The notes: generated by a model not told the origin, from the sequence alone. DNA of 64,000 bases from an uncultured Nitrososphaeraceae archaeon (GCA_963837175.1 CAWIMJ010000050.1:192001-256000), one strand, 5' to 3'. Shown: positions 10,801 to 21,096, counted from the stretch's first letter. Translations and numbers: made by a program.

Positions 10801-11247
10801 AAATATCAATGAGAATATAAGTCAAGATGTAGATTCCCAGGAGATTGTAGTATTGAACCTTAATTAAGATCTCATAGAAATAAATCCTTGCTTACATAAA
10901 GTCCAATAACTACTTATACTTTATCTTTTTCGACTGAAGCAGGCACTAATGAGTAGTGTCAGGAACATCATGATTACGAATAGATTTGCTACTTAAGAGT
11001 ATCAGTATTATTTCAAAATGGCTAAGACTGTGTTAATTTAATGTCTTCATATATGGCTTAGTATCTGTAGGATACAAATTATATTTTGTTATTTTAGTTG
11101 ATAGTGCAGTATTTCTAAAAGACTTGAACAAAAAAACACAAGAAAATAAATCTAGCGAATATAAAATCAAATATCAATTCTAAATATCTCTACATCATTC
11201 CGGTTAGAATAAGATAATGAATTGTAAACCGACTATTTATTATTCTT

Positions 11248-11550
11248 TTATCTTCCAAATATTCCTTCAAAAGTGTTACGTATGTTTCCAAGCATCCCTT
11301 TCCGATTTTCTTTTTTTTCTACTAATTTAAAACATTGTTGACAAAGAGCGCGTAAATTTACAGGTCGGTTATCTTTTAATGATCCATTAATGTGCTCAAA
11401 ATGTGGATGTATATCACCCCTGAATTTTGTTGAACATTTCTGGCAACGGTAATGTGCTCTTTCTAACACTGTCTGCTTTATACTAAGCGTTAGACGTTCG
11501 TATCGACGTTTATCAACATTATTAGTTGAACTTCCACCAAAAAACGACAC
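11248..11550 (-). CDS. Small HNH-like Zn-finger endonuclease-family protein
   Basis: CQKC..HFEHING..DN..NLRALCQQCF; the last HNH His position is Phe. Confidence 0.75.
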   Translation of the reverse strand: MSFFGGSSTNNVDKRRYERLTLSIKQTVLERAHYRCQKCSTKFRGDIHPHFEHINGSLKDNRPVNLRALCQQCFKLVEKKENRKGMLGNIRNTFEGIFGR

Positions 11551-11776
11551 ATTGGTCGATTAGTATCCCTTTAACTTATTTCTTGCGGAACAATATTTAA
11601 TTTAGAAAAAGAATTTCAAATACCAAATAATAATTTAACAGACTTATGATAGCATATTTTGATGAAACAATTAATCAGTAGCTTTATCATATCTTTTTGA
11701 TGAATCGCGGTGAATGTTCAAGTTTCGATCCGAAAACACAAAGCACTTAAATTATCAGCGATTGGGCATAGTGTAA

Positions 11777-11877
11777 GGGCCGGTAGTTTAGTCCGGTAGA
11801 ATACCTGCCTTGCATGCTATGACTATGTCAGGCAAAGGAAACGTAGGTGGTCGTGGGTTCGAATCCCACCCGGTCCA
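11777..11877 (+). tRNA. tRNA-Ala(TGC) with a 27-nt intron (about 11814-11840)
   Basis: Acceptor GGGCCGG/CCGGTCC with G3:U70; T-arm GTGGG-TTCGAAT-CCCAC; anticodon arm CCTGC-CT-TGC-[intron]-AC-GTAGG. Confidence 0.93.
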
Positions 11878-12312
11878 TCATAATCTTTTTTTGATTGTAT
11901 GAGCCGTATATCAACTCATTTGTAGCTGAGTCAAAAGATTAATCTCATAATTGATGGTTACGAATATACTATCTGGTAATAATAAACAACTTCCATACTC
12001 TTTATATTCGTAATATGTCATATTAGCACTCATTATTAGTCATTATCTTTGAAAAGCTTTCTTTTTATGCTCACAGTATAATTTTTATCTTGGTAGATGG
12101 GAAAGACAATAAACGCGTTAGTTCATACAAGAATTACAAAGATGATATATCAATATTACAATATATTTTCAATTAGAGTTTGGGTCTGCTGAAATGAGAT
12201 AAACAATTGAATGAGAATCAATCTAGCATCATAGAAAGAACAGTTATTTATATCCTCTTTTTGTAAAGAACTTAAACAGATATTTTAAGTAGTAGATAAA
12301 GGATGTACGCAT

Positions 12313-13164
12313 ATGTCAAGTTTCAAGTACGCACATCCTGAAGTTTTATGTGAAACCGATTGGTTGGCAGATAATTTAAAGAACTCCGACATTAGAATTC
12401 TAGAGGTTGATTATGATGTAGAAAATGCGTATAAACAGGGTCATATACCAGGTGCTCATATGGTCCGCTGGAAGAAGGATATTAATGATCCAACCAGACG
12501 TGACATAATTAACAAGCAACAATTTGAGACACTAATGTCAGGAATAGGTGCTACACCAGAGACTGAACTCATACTCTATGGAGACTTTAACAATTGGTTC
12601 GCTGCATTTGCTTTATGGGTCTTTCATTATTATGGTCATAGAAAAATCAAGATCATGAATGGAGGCAGAAGAAAATGGGAGATGGAAAATAGAGAGTATA
12701 CAAAGGAAGAGCCTATTGCAAAATCTTCAAAATATGTCGCACAGCCGCCTGATGAAGGAATTAGGGCATATTTGCCTGATGTAAAGAGGGCAATTGAGAG
12801 AGTCGAAACCGTACTAGTGGATGTAAGATCAGCAAAAGAATTTTCCGGCGAAATTACAGCCCCACCGGAATATCCTATGGAACATGCACAAAGAGGTGGT
12901 CATATTCCAAAGGCTCAAAACATACCATGGGCACAGGCAATAAGAGAGGATGGCACATTCAAAAACGTAGATGATCTCAAAGCACTATATGAAGGAAAAG
13001 GTATAACTCCGGACAAACATGTGATTTGCTATTGCAGAATAGGAGAAAGGTCTTCTCACAGTTGGTTCGTCTTAAAATATCTTTTAGGATACCCATCTGT
13101 CCGCAATTACGATGGTTCTTGGACTGAATGGGGTAATATGATCGGTAATCCGATAGAAAAATAA
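12313..13164 (+). CDS. Tandem-domain sulfurtransferase (rhodanese, CysA/SseA-like)
   Basis: GHIPGA, GGHIPKA, active loop CRIGER, YDGSWTEW. Confidence 0.93.
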   Translation: MSSFKYAHPEVLCETDWLADNLKNSDIRILEVDYDVENAYKQGHIPGAHMVRWKKDINDPTRRDIINKQQFETLMSGIGATPETELILYGDFNNWFAAFALWVFHYYGHRKIKIMNGGRRKWEMENREYTKEEPIAKSSKYVAQPPDEGIRAYLPDVKRAIERVETVLVDVRSAKEFSGEITAPPEYPMEHAQRGGHIPKAQNIPWAQAIREDGTFKNVDDLKALYEGKGITPDKHVICYCRIGERSSHSWFVLKYLLGYPSVRNYDGSWTEWGNMIGNPIEK

Positions 13165-13187
13165 GTGATAATTTCCAAAATATCCCA

Positions 13188-13502
13188 ATGAACCGCGAAC
13201 ATGATCTATTAAAAAGAGGGCAATTTTATTTCATTTATGACCGTGATGATGACGCCACCATTATATTGGAAGATAAAACAAAAAGAGGCTTGGAAGTAAG
13301 GGAACGCAGTATAGATGAAAAATATGGTGTTGAGGCAGAAAAGGGTATGATTTATGATATGGATGGTGTTGGACACATCATCTCGATTAGATGGTACTTT
13401 CCACGAGCTAAATATCAATTAGAACATATAATAAAGATTGCCGAAGAAATGGACGCAAAATATAAGGCTATTAGAGAGATAACTTGTCCTGACGATGAAT
13501 AA
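13188..13502 (+). CDS. Hypothetical protein, single Cys in an acidic C-terminus (ITCPDDE)
   Basis: 104-aa ORF 23 nt downstream of the rhodanese gene. Confidence 0.75.
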   Translation: MNREHDLLKRGQFYFIYDRDDDATIILEDKTKRGLEVRERSIDEKYGVEAEKGMIYDMDGVGHIISIRWYFPRAKYQLEHIIKIAEEMDAKYKAIREITCPDDE

Positions 13503-13541
13503 ACGAAAGCCTTTTAGCCCTTATTTATTTAAAGATTTACA

Positions 13542-14588
13542 ATGTCTTCGCTACTAAAGGATAGAGTATGGGCTATGATTTCTGAAGTTGCAAAAAGGGG
13601 TATCTATCCTCTCCATGGATCGAGACTTGGTGTGTACAGAATACCAATTGATCTTAATGAAAGCGCTGAGATTTCCAGTATTATGACTGATTTAAAAAAT
13701 TCCGGTTTTATTGTAGATGCATATGCAGATAGAATTTATGTAACTTACAAATGGAACGAAAAGGGTACAGATCCTGTTAGTCAGAAAGAACTCTCTACAG
13801 ACTTACATATTACAGTAGAAATAGTTACTGGTGAAGTAGTTGATATAATCTATCAAATAAAGCCTTTAGAATTCTTCGGCGATCTATACTGGGTTAGAAA
13901 TTATAGACAAAAGGCGGATCAAAATGCGAAAATGGTAATTGATACTATAATTACAAACACAAAAATTGGTGGTAGATTAATTGCTCATTATCAGAAGACC
14001 CAAAAGCTTTCCCTTGAAGAAGCCATAAAGAAAGTAGAAGAACTGACTCCCTTAGCAAAGAATCCTAAATTAAGGGCAACTACTTCTGCCTCTCCTTCTC
14101 TTTCACAACAAGCCACCCTGAAATCTCCCTCTTCAACAGCCTCTCCTACTCCTCCTACTTCTACTCCTACGACTATAGCTGCTTCAACAGTAGAAGGTGG
14201 AAGTAGTGGTAGTGGTAACACAACTATTTCTCTTAGCGGTACTGGAACCAACTATTCTAAGGTAGATGGACCTATAGACGCTGGCTTTAAATCAACGAGA
14301 CAACAGGCAGGTACATTCCAAGATATTAAGGTATGGGGCCCTTTAGATCCTCCAGGACAGCTTGGAATATGGGGAAATGAAGTATGTGTCGATTTTGATA
14401 TATGCATAGCAGATGGAGCATGTATTGAGGCCTGTCCAGTGAATGTATATGAATGGCTAGATACTCCAGGACATCCTGCATCGGAAAAGAAACCTTTCAT
14501 GATTAGAGAAAAGGATTGCATATTTTGTATGGCATGTGAGAATGTATGTCCTCCGCAAGCAGTTAAAATATTCCAAAAAAGTCAATAA
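13542..14588 (+). CDS. Unknown N-terminal domain + S/T/P linker + Zfx-like 7Fe ([3Fe-4S][4Fe-4S]) ferredoxin
   Basis: C-terminal [39 protein letters not shown] matches the thermoacidophile Zfx-type ferredoxin pattern. Confidence 0.88.
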   Translation: MSSLLKDRVWAMISEVAKRGIYPLHGSRLGVYRIPIDLNESAEISSIMTDLKNSGFIVDAYADRIYVTYKWNEKGTDPVSQKELSTDLHITVEIVTGEVVDIIYQIKPLEFFGDLYWVRNYRQKADQNAKMVIDTIITNTKIGGRLIAHYQKTQKLSLEEAIKKVEELTPLAKNPKLRATTSASPSLSQQATLKSPSSTASPTPPTSTPTTIAASTVEGGSSGSGNTTISLSGTGTNYSKVDGPIDAGFKSTRQQAGTFQDIKVWGPLDPPGQLGIWGNEVCVDFDICIADGACIEACPVNVYEWLDTPGHPASEKKPFMIREKDCIFCMACENVCPPQAVKIFQKSQ

Positions 14589-14794
14589 TACTTTATTTTC
14601 GTATTATTTATTTTTATTTTTTATCTATCTATATCTACCTTATTATCATCCATCCATGAATGTGACAAATATTCTTCCTTAATATATAATGTAACTATTT
14701 AGTAATGTTTATGGGTGTGGATCTTACAGATTCACTTTCTTACGGTGACTATAAATACTTTGCACACTAATCTCCGCACCAAGGATAGAATACA

Positions 14795-16957
14795 ATGAGT
14801 GGAATAGGCGCAATTCTTTATTCTTCATTCATTATCATCGCTTGGTTAGTGACCATTTATACGCTTAACTTTTTCTATCTCTCTTATTACTCCCAGCACA
14901 ATTTAAAACATCAAAAAGAAATGAAAAAAAAAATGCAGCCTCTAAATGATGATTCTCTCCCCTTGATAACTATTCAACTTCCTATTTATAACGAAAAGTA
15001 TGTTGCCGTACGCTTAATTGATGCTGTATGTAGAATCGATTATCCAAAAGAAAAGTTGCAAATTCAGGTACTGGATGATTCAGATGATGATACTGATAAA
15101 ATAATTAAATTAACAGTGGATCATTATACATTCAAAGGCTTTGATATAATCTATTTGCATAGAACGGTGAGATCAGGATACAAAGCTGGTGCGTTGAAAG
15201 CAGGTATGAAGATTGCGAAAGGTGAATTTATTGCTATTTTTGATGCGGATTTTATTCCTCCTAATTGGTTTCTGAAAAAAGCAATAGGATCCTTTTCAGA
15301 TTCTAAAGTAGGATTAGTCCAATGCAGATGGGGACACATTAACGAAAATTATTCGTCACTTACCGAAGCACAAGCAATTTCACTTGACTTGCATTTCTTG
15401 ATCGAACAAAAAGCAAAAAGTTTGACTCATTTGTTTATGAACTTTAATGGAACTGCAGGAATCTGGAGGGCTTCTTGTATTAATGATGCTGGAGGTTGGC
15501 ATACAAACACCATTGTAGAAGATCTTGACCTCAGTTATCGGGCCCAGCTTAGAGGTTGGAAGTGCTTCTTTCTAGAGGATCTCGTTATAGATGCAGAGCT
15601 TCCAGTGCAGATCAATGCAGCGAAGCGACAGCAGTTTAGATGGGCAAAAGGTTCCATGCAAGTTGCTAGGAAGCTATTAACTAATGTCGCGTTAGATAGA
15701 CAGATACCTATAGACACCAAGATTCAGGCATTCATACAACTTACTAGACACATTGTTCATCCATTGTTCTTAACTCAATTTATTATTTTTCCTATGTTAC
15801 TTGCATTAGATTATAAATTATATGCTGTAAGTTGGTTTCCCATTACCGGTATTCTAATCTATATTGTTATGGGCCCCGGCGCATACATATATATTATAAG
15901 GAAAATTTGGGGTGATAAATGGAAAGTGAAGGCTCGCCAATACTTTTATTTGATTTTTTTTGCAACAGGAATATCTGTTAACAATACAGTAGCCATTTTA
16001 GAAGCATTGTTGATAAGTAAAAATGAATTCTTACGTACTCCTAAATTTGGAATTATTAAAAAGGACGATGACTGGAAAAATAAATCATATGTGTTACCTT
16101 TTACTAAAACTACTTTATTAGAGATATTTTTTGGGGTCTATGGTACTATTGCGATATTTATTTCTATTTTTTCAGGAAATCCATTATTTGTGCCTGTTCT
16201 CTTTCTTCAAACAATTGGTTTTATTTACATTGCTTACTTAAGCATATCCCACTCTTCATTTAATTACAATAAATCAAATAAAAGATTACAAACTCACAAT
16301 CCGCAGGATCTTTTCATATCAAAGCAATCGTCAAAAATTGTTGATGAGAAAAGTGTCGAATTTACAGAAATGGAAAATACTAAAGTATATATTAACACAA
16401 TAAAAAAAACGAAACACGGCAAGTCAATTATTGAAAATGCTATGACACCTAAATATAATAAACTTATGCTATTCTGTATGTTGGGTTTTTTAGCCTTTGG
16501 TGTAACAGTAGCCTTTTATGGATATGAAACTACGATTTATCCAATGGACAAAGCAGTAGGATATTTATCCCGAGCAGAAGCTGCTCAGTCACCAGAAGCA
16601 GTGGCAGATTACATAAAGCCAGTAAAATATTTGCTTCCAAAGGAGGGAAATCCAGTATGGGTATTTCCAAATCCACGAACAGATTTTGACGCAATTCAAA
16701 ACGAGCTTGATGCAATGCTTTCACGTGCCAATTCAATTTCTTCACTGGAATTAGATAGCGCTGCTTATAATACAGGATTGGCAGATCTGCGCAATTCGAT
16801 TAAAATAATTGAATCTAATTTGATTGAAGCGACTCCTTATCTTTATGTTAGCTCCGTTAATATAGTCCTAAGTGCGATATGGATTGCAATTATTCTTTTT
16901 ATTTTTGCCATCATGAAGAGAGGAAGAGCAAAATTCAAGGAATATGAAAACACATAA
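14795..16957 (+). CDS. Processive GT2 glycosyltransferase (cellulose-synthase/CslA-like) with an extra C-terminal membrane-bounded domain
   Basis: QLPIYNE, DDS, YKAGAL, FDADF, VEDLDL, QQFRW (D,D,D,QxxRW); multiple TM helices. Confidence 0.9.
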   Translation: MSGIGAILYSSFIIIAWLVTIYTLNFFYLSYYSQHNLKHQKEMKKKMQPLNDDSLPLITIQLPIYNEKYVAVRLIDAVCRIDYPKEKLQIQVLDDSDDDTDKIIKLTVDHYTFKGFDIIYLHRTVRSGYKAGALKAGMKIAKGEFIAIFDADFIPPNWFLKKAIGSFSDSKVGLVQCRWGHINENYSSLTEAQAISLDLHFLIEQKAKSLTHLFMNFNGTAGIWRASCINDAGGWHTNTIVEDLDLSYRAQLRGWKCFFLEDLVIDAELPVQINAAKRQQFRWAKGSMQVARKLLTNVALDRQIPIDTKIQAFIQLTRHIVHPLFLTQFIIFPMLLALDYKLYAVSWFPITGILIYIVMGPGAYIYIIRKIWGDKWKVKARQYFYLIFFATGISVNNTVAILEALLISKNEFLRTPKFGIIKKDDDWKNKSYVLPFTKTTLLEIFFGVYGTIAIFISIFSGNPLFVPVLFLQTIGFIYIAYLSISHSSFNYNKSNKRLQTHNPQDLFISKQSSKIVDEKSVEFTEMENTKVYINTIKKTKHGKSIIENAMTPKYNKLMLFCMLGFLAFGVTVAFYGYETTIYPMDKAVGYLSRAEAAQSPEAVADYIKPVKYLLPKEGNPVWVFPNPRTDFDAIQNELDAMLSRANSISSLELDSAAYNTGLADLRNSIKIIESNLIEATPYLYVSSVNIVLSAIWIAIILFIFAIMKRGRAKFKEYENT

Positions 16958-17285
16958 GAGGTCTCTTGCTATTAGGAGAGTTACACTTGTATCACTCCGT
17001 CATAGAATGGTGTAATTGTAACCTATAATACAATAGATATAAGACACTCTAGTTATTGTTCTTTTATCGGTACAACTAACTAGTAAAGTAGAAAAAGATC
17101 TTTGATATCAAAAGGATTTGGTCAGTTACCCTAGTGCTTTCATCATAATTTCAGAAGGAGTAATCATCATCCCATATTATTGTAGATTATATCATTATTC
17201 ATTCTTTCGGGGTCCAACTACTTTAACAAAACATGTGGAAAGGTATTACGCTTAGATTTATATAATAATTTTTGAATTTTATCAC

Positions 17286-17927
17286 ATGTCAGCAGAGCAA
17301 CAAATTGTCGAACGAATAACTTCTGCGGGAACAGCAGGGATAAAAAAAATAGACCTGCGTAAAGAATTTCAAGATATGGAAATTGATGTTGTCATAGAAG
17401 GCCTTGTAACGTCTGGAGATATATTGGTTGATAAGAAAGGTACAGCATACTACTGTTGGCATAAAGATCATTATCTTCAAAATCTGTTAAATACAGACCC
17501 AAAATTTCGATTAATTTATGAGAGCATTATGCATCTTGAGATGTCTGTTAATAAAACATCTGATGGTCTAGCGAAAACCCTCGAAACACTCTACAATAAT
17601 GTTAAGAATTCTCAAAAATCTCCTGCAACAAAAAATCTAGATGGCATATCACATGTAAATATTAATGACGAACCAACCATGAAATTAGACAGATTCAGAA
17701 ATGAATTTGATTTAGCTATTGGAAATAATTCTAGTTCAATTGGTTGGGTAGAACTGTCAAAAGTCCGAAACGAGTTATGCAAAAAGTATAATATATCAAA
17801 TGAAGATTTCTATAGTTTTGTTGAACAATTAACAAATCTATACCACGATAAATATGAATTATCCACAGGTGGATATGAGGGATTGACTGTTAGAGGCCTA
17901 CTTCATGGATTTGTGAGGTGTATATAG
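17286..17927 (+). CDS. Hypothetical protein, predicted wHTH - helical linker - wHTH
   Basis: N-terminal helix-turn-helix with wing (..LVTSGDILVDKKGTAYYCW); C-terminal GWVELSKVR..F..L..YELSTGGYEG. Fold inferred by eye. Confidence 0.7.
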   Translation: MSAEQQIVERITSAGTAGIKKIDLRKEFQDMEIDVVIEGLVTSGDILVDKKGTAYYCWHKDHYLQNLLNTDPKFRLIYESIMHLEMSVNKTSDGLAKTLETLYNNVKNSQKSPATKNLDGISHVNINDEPTMKLDRFRNEFDLAIGNNSSSIGWVELSKVRNELCKKYNISNEDFYSFVEQLTNLYHDKYELSTGGYEGLTVRGLLHGFVRCI

Positions 17928-19562
17928 GTGTATCCGTATGGTCTCACACAAAATCCATATCCTAGTAGTCCTACTCCGACGCTTATAGATGCTCAAGTTT
18001 TAGGCGGAAGAAGGCATAAGGAAGCAAAGAAGGCTGTGTTATCATGCATTGAGGATTTGAATTCTAAAGTTAGTGATATCGCAACTGACAGAGACTTTCG
18101 TTTAGTTACTCTTATTCAAGATGTTGGATCTGGCAAGACACACTTAGCCTTGCATATTAGAGCATTAAAGGAGATTTGCAATAATGCTGTTATATCATAC
18201 GTTGATCTGTCCCAAGTGTTTCCGCGTGACATGGATAATATATATGCTGCACTGTTAAGCGGTTTTGATAAAGAATATATCGATAGCCTGAGAAAAGCCA
18301 TTGTTTATTATCTTAGAGACAAGGCAGAACGGAATAACAAGCAAGCAAAGAAAATTTTCAAACTTGGATTTATTGATTTTCTCACTAAGAAAAATTTCTC
18401 TATTAAGGCACAACAGATTTTAGATGGGAGAATGGTTCCAGATTACTTTGCGATAGATCAGGTGTTAACAACAGAATTCTCAGTAGTTGAGGCCTCGGTT
18501 ATGAAATTAATAATAGAAGGTAAATTTGGAGATCATGCAGGGAATATCAAAAGCATGGAACATATTATTACCAAGATATCAGCAATCGCTAACCTAAATC
18601 TAAAATTTTTAAAGAAATTGACTATCCTTCAAATTGATGAATTTGACTCTGATAAAAAGTCACTAGAAGTTGTTAAGGCAATCATTAATTCCCACTTGCC
18701 ATCAACTGTATTGATGTTGATTTTAACACCTTCTTCATATGACGAGATACGAAAAGAAGATAATGCTACTTTCGATAGGTTAGAAAAGGCAAACTACAAA
18801 ATCGATTTAGCAGGTTCAAACACATTGGAAGAGATACTGGATATCATTCTAGAATATGTAAGATATTACGATCTTCAAAAAAGTTTTAAATTAGAAGATG
18901 AAACCGATCTTTCCGCAAAGATTAAAGTAATTTATGATGAATTCCCTGATTTTAGAAACGTTAGATCAATGACTAATATTTTATACAACGCAACCGAAAA
19001 TGCTGCAAAAAGAGACGCTCCAATTATTGACGAAAAAGCAATAGATGATACAATCAAAAGCACACATCCAGGGCTGCGAATTAGAGGAAGTATAATGGGT
19101 GTGCCACTTTCTGATTTTATAAAAATCAGAAACAGCTCTAATGATATTCAAATGCTGGAATCTAACGTTCGTGATGCAGTAAAAAACCTCCTAAACCATG
19201 CGCATGACATGGGAAGTGTAGCTAAATTTGAATCTACTAACGGAGTAGATACTGGAATTGATGTAATTTATAACGACCCAGCTGGAACTAAAGTGGCTGT
19301 TGCTGTTGTAATAAACAAAGATCATACAAAGAGTTTTGATCAGATATCTAATACGGTAAAATCTATTGGTTTTGCGGATAAACTTCTAGTTTTAACTAAT
19401 GCAAAAACTGATAGTGGAACTGACGGAATGACAGTGGTTAACATCGACAGATGCAAAATGACAGACCTAATTTACTTTAGTAGTAAATACAAAAATAACG
19501 AAATATTACATGATGACTTGCAACGTGCTTTACTGCTAGCAAAATCAATTAAACTTTGTTGA
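17928..19562 (+). CDS. P-loop AAA+-type ATPase with a C-terminal alpha/beta domain
   Basis: YGLTQNPYP N-terminus, Walker A DVGSGKTH, Walker B ILQIDEFD, FDRL Arg-finger candidate, RNVR sensor-2 candidate. GTG start directly after the upstream TAG, with a GAGGTG SD. Confidence 0.82.
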   Translation: MYPYGLTQNPYPSSPTPTLIDAQVLGGRRHKEAKKAVLSCIEDLNSKVSDIATDRDFRLVTLIQDVGSGKTHLALHIRALKEICNNAVISYVDLSQVFPRDMDNIYAALLSGFDKEYIDSLRKAIVYYLRDKAERNNKQAKKIFKLGFIDFLTKKNFSIKAQQILDGRMVPDYFAIDQVLTTEFSVVEASVMKLIIEGKFGDHAGNIKSMEHIITKISAIANLNLKFLKKLTILQIDEFDSDKKSLEVVKAIINSHLPSTVLMLILTPSSYDEIRKEDNATFDRLEKANYKIDLAGSNTLEEILDIILEYVRYYDLQKSFKLEDETDLSAKIKVIYDEFPDFRNVRSMTNILYNATENAAKRDAPIIDEKAIDDTIKSTHPGLRIRGSIMGVPLSDFIKIRNSSNDIQMLESNVRDAVKNLLNHAHDMGSVAKFESTNGVDTGIDVIYNDPAGTKVAVAVVINKDHTKSFDQISNTVKSIGFADKLLVLTNAKTDSGTDGMTVVNIDRCKMTDLIYFSSKYKNNEILHDDLQRALLLAKSIKLC

Positions 19563-19593
19563 TCATATAATTATAACGTGGCATTACTTTTTA

Positions 19594-20293
19594 GGTCTAC
19601 CTTCGCTTAATAACATAGTGTGTAATCATTCTGTTATGCAGATCAATAAACATATTAACCAATTGAGGATGTGCTCTGGATAGCAGGAGCTCCTTTAATT
19701 TTTACAATGGAAATAATCATCAAAACTTTCTGTTCTATCATTAACATACTGAATGTTATCAATGAGACTTTATTCCATAAGGTAAATGAATATGATGTTT
19801 AGTTTGAGGAATTTACTGGCTTGAGGATACTAGTATCATCACCATCCTCAGCAGAAACAGGATTTTTTCCATTTTTCTTTCATACTAATGATCGTATAAA
19901 ATGCTCTGCAATAGGTATACTCCCTTCATATGATATCTACGTATTCCAAGAATTGTCTTGTCTGTTGGTTCAGTTGCAGTCCATAACCAAACGATACCTC
20001 TATTATTTTAATGAGTAATCGGAGTTTTATCATCAACTATAAATTCATAAATTCTTCTTTTCCTATGGAATGTCTTTTCTGGCTTGTAGCGCTGTTGAAT
20101 TCATTTCCAAATGGAAACATAGTTTCTTCTTAGCTATGGAGATAAATGCTGGGATGTCTTTCTTAGAGATGCACCACCTGAAAAATACAACTGTAATGAA
20201 TAGAAGATATACTTTGAAGATATTTACTTCTCTTATCCTTGCTCTTGAGAAATAGAATATCTTTAGCTATAGGTTTATGTTAATTGAAGAGCC
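19594..20293 (-). mobile_element. Heavily degraded IS6-family element
   Basis: Minus-strand remnant IQYVNDRTESFDDYF. Ends GGTCTACCTTCGCTTAA and TTAATTGAAGAGCC resemble the other copies' TIRs; flanks cttttta / ctttttta. Confidence 0.78.
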
Positions 20294-20609
20294 CTTTTTT
20301 AGACGCCAAACTTTTTTAAGAGAGAAATACGATCGTTGCGTTGTGGGTAAGAAAGGAAGAAACGATAAATTTAAGGAAAACTTCGGAAATCCCTATTATG
20401 AGGTGTTTCGGTGCAATATATGTGGGGAGAATGCAGACTTTGTGGTCCAACTCGAACTTGTAAAGGAAAGGAGCAATTACAATATTGTAGAATCAGTAAA
20501 CCAAATGCCTTTTTATTTGTGCGAGACTCACGAATATCTTTATAAGAAAATGCAAAGCAATATAGAGCTAAAAAATTACTTCCTTGAAACCCTTAGACAA
20601 AATCAATAG
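20277..20609 (+). CDS. Small Zn-finger-like hypothetical protein (true start probably downstream of the IS end)
   Basis: CNICG..YLCETH motif; the annotated ATG lies within the IS6 terminus. Confidence 0.6.
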   Translation: MLIEEPFFRRQTFLREKYDRCVVGKKGRNDKFKENFGNPYYEVFRCNICGENADFVVQLELVKERSNYNIVESVNQMPFYLCETHEYLYKKMQSNIELKNYFLETLRQNQ

Positions 20610-20625
20610 CAGCTCTGCAGGATAA

Positions 20626-21096
20626 TTGCACTACATAAATAGTATGGGAAAAAATAGATCATTTAAGACTCTTGAGGACTTTCTAAATAATTTGCATAAA
20701 GAAGGGATCTCTCTGATGGATTTCAATGGCCAAAAGATCCCTTGTATCCTTATAAATCCAACTAGATTTCAAGAACTAGTAGGAACGGTTTATGGGAAAA
20801 AATTAGCAGTCGATACTTTGCTAAATGTATTCCATGATAGCCAAGATGTTTTTGTAGATGTTACACTGAATTTCCTGGATATAGGTATTGAAGAAAATTA
20901 TCTTCTATATGCAAACGATATATTAGAATTCTTTGAATCTTTAACGAAAACAGGAATAATTGGCATAGTTCCAGCTGATTCTTATCTTAGAAATAATTCA
21001 AATATCTTTATGATACAGCTTCCTAAAAAGGAGGCAGCAGAAAAAGCACTTGGAATAATCAAAGCTAATGCTAAAAACACAAGGAAATACATTTGA
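20626..21096 (+). CDS. Hypothetical protein
   Basis: 156-aa ORF with protein-like composition, co-oriented with its neighbours. Confidence 0.7.
   Translation: MHYINSMGKNRSFKTLEDFLNNLHKEGISLMDFNGQKIPCILINPTRFQELVGTVYGKKLAVDTLLNVFHDSQDVFVDVTLNFLDIGIEENYLLYANDILEFFESLTKTGIIGIVPADSYLRNNSNIFMIQLPKKEAAEKALGIIKANAKNTRKYI

Noticed and set aside
19821-20255. Two + strand ORFs (65 and 61 aa)
   Set aside because: They lie antisense within the degraded IS6 element.
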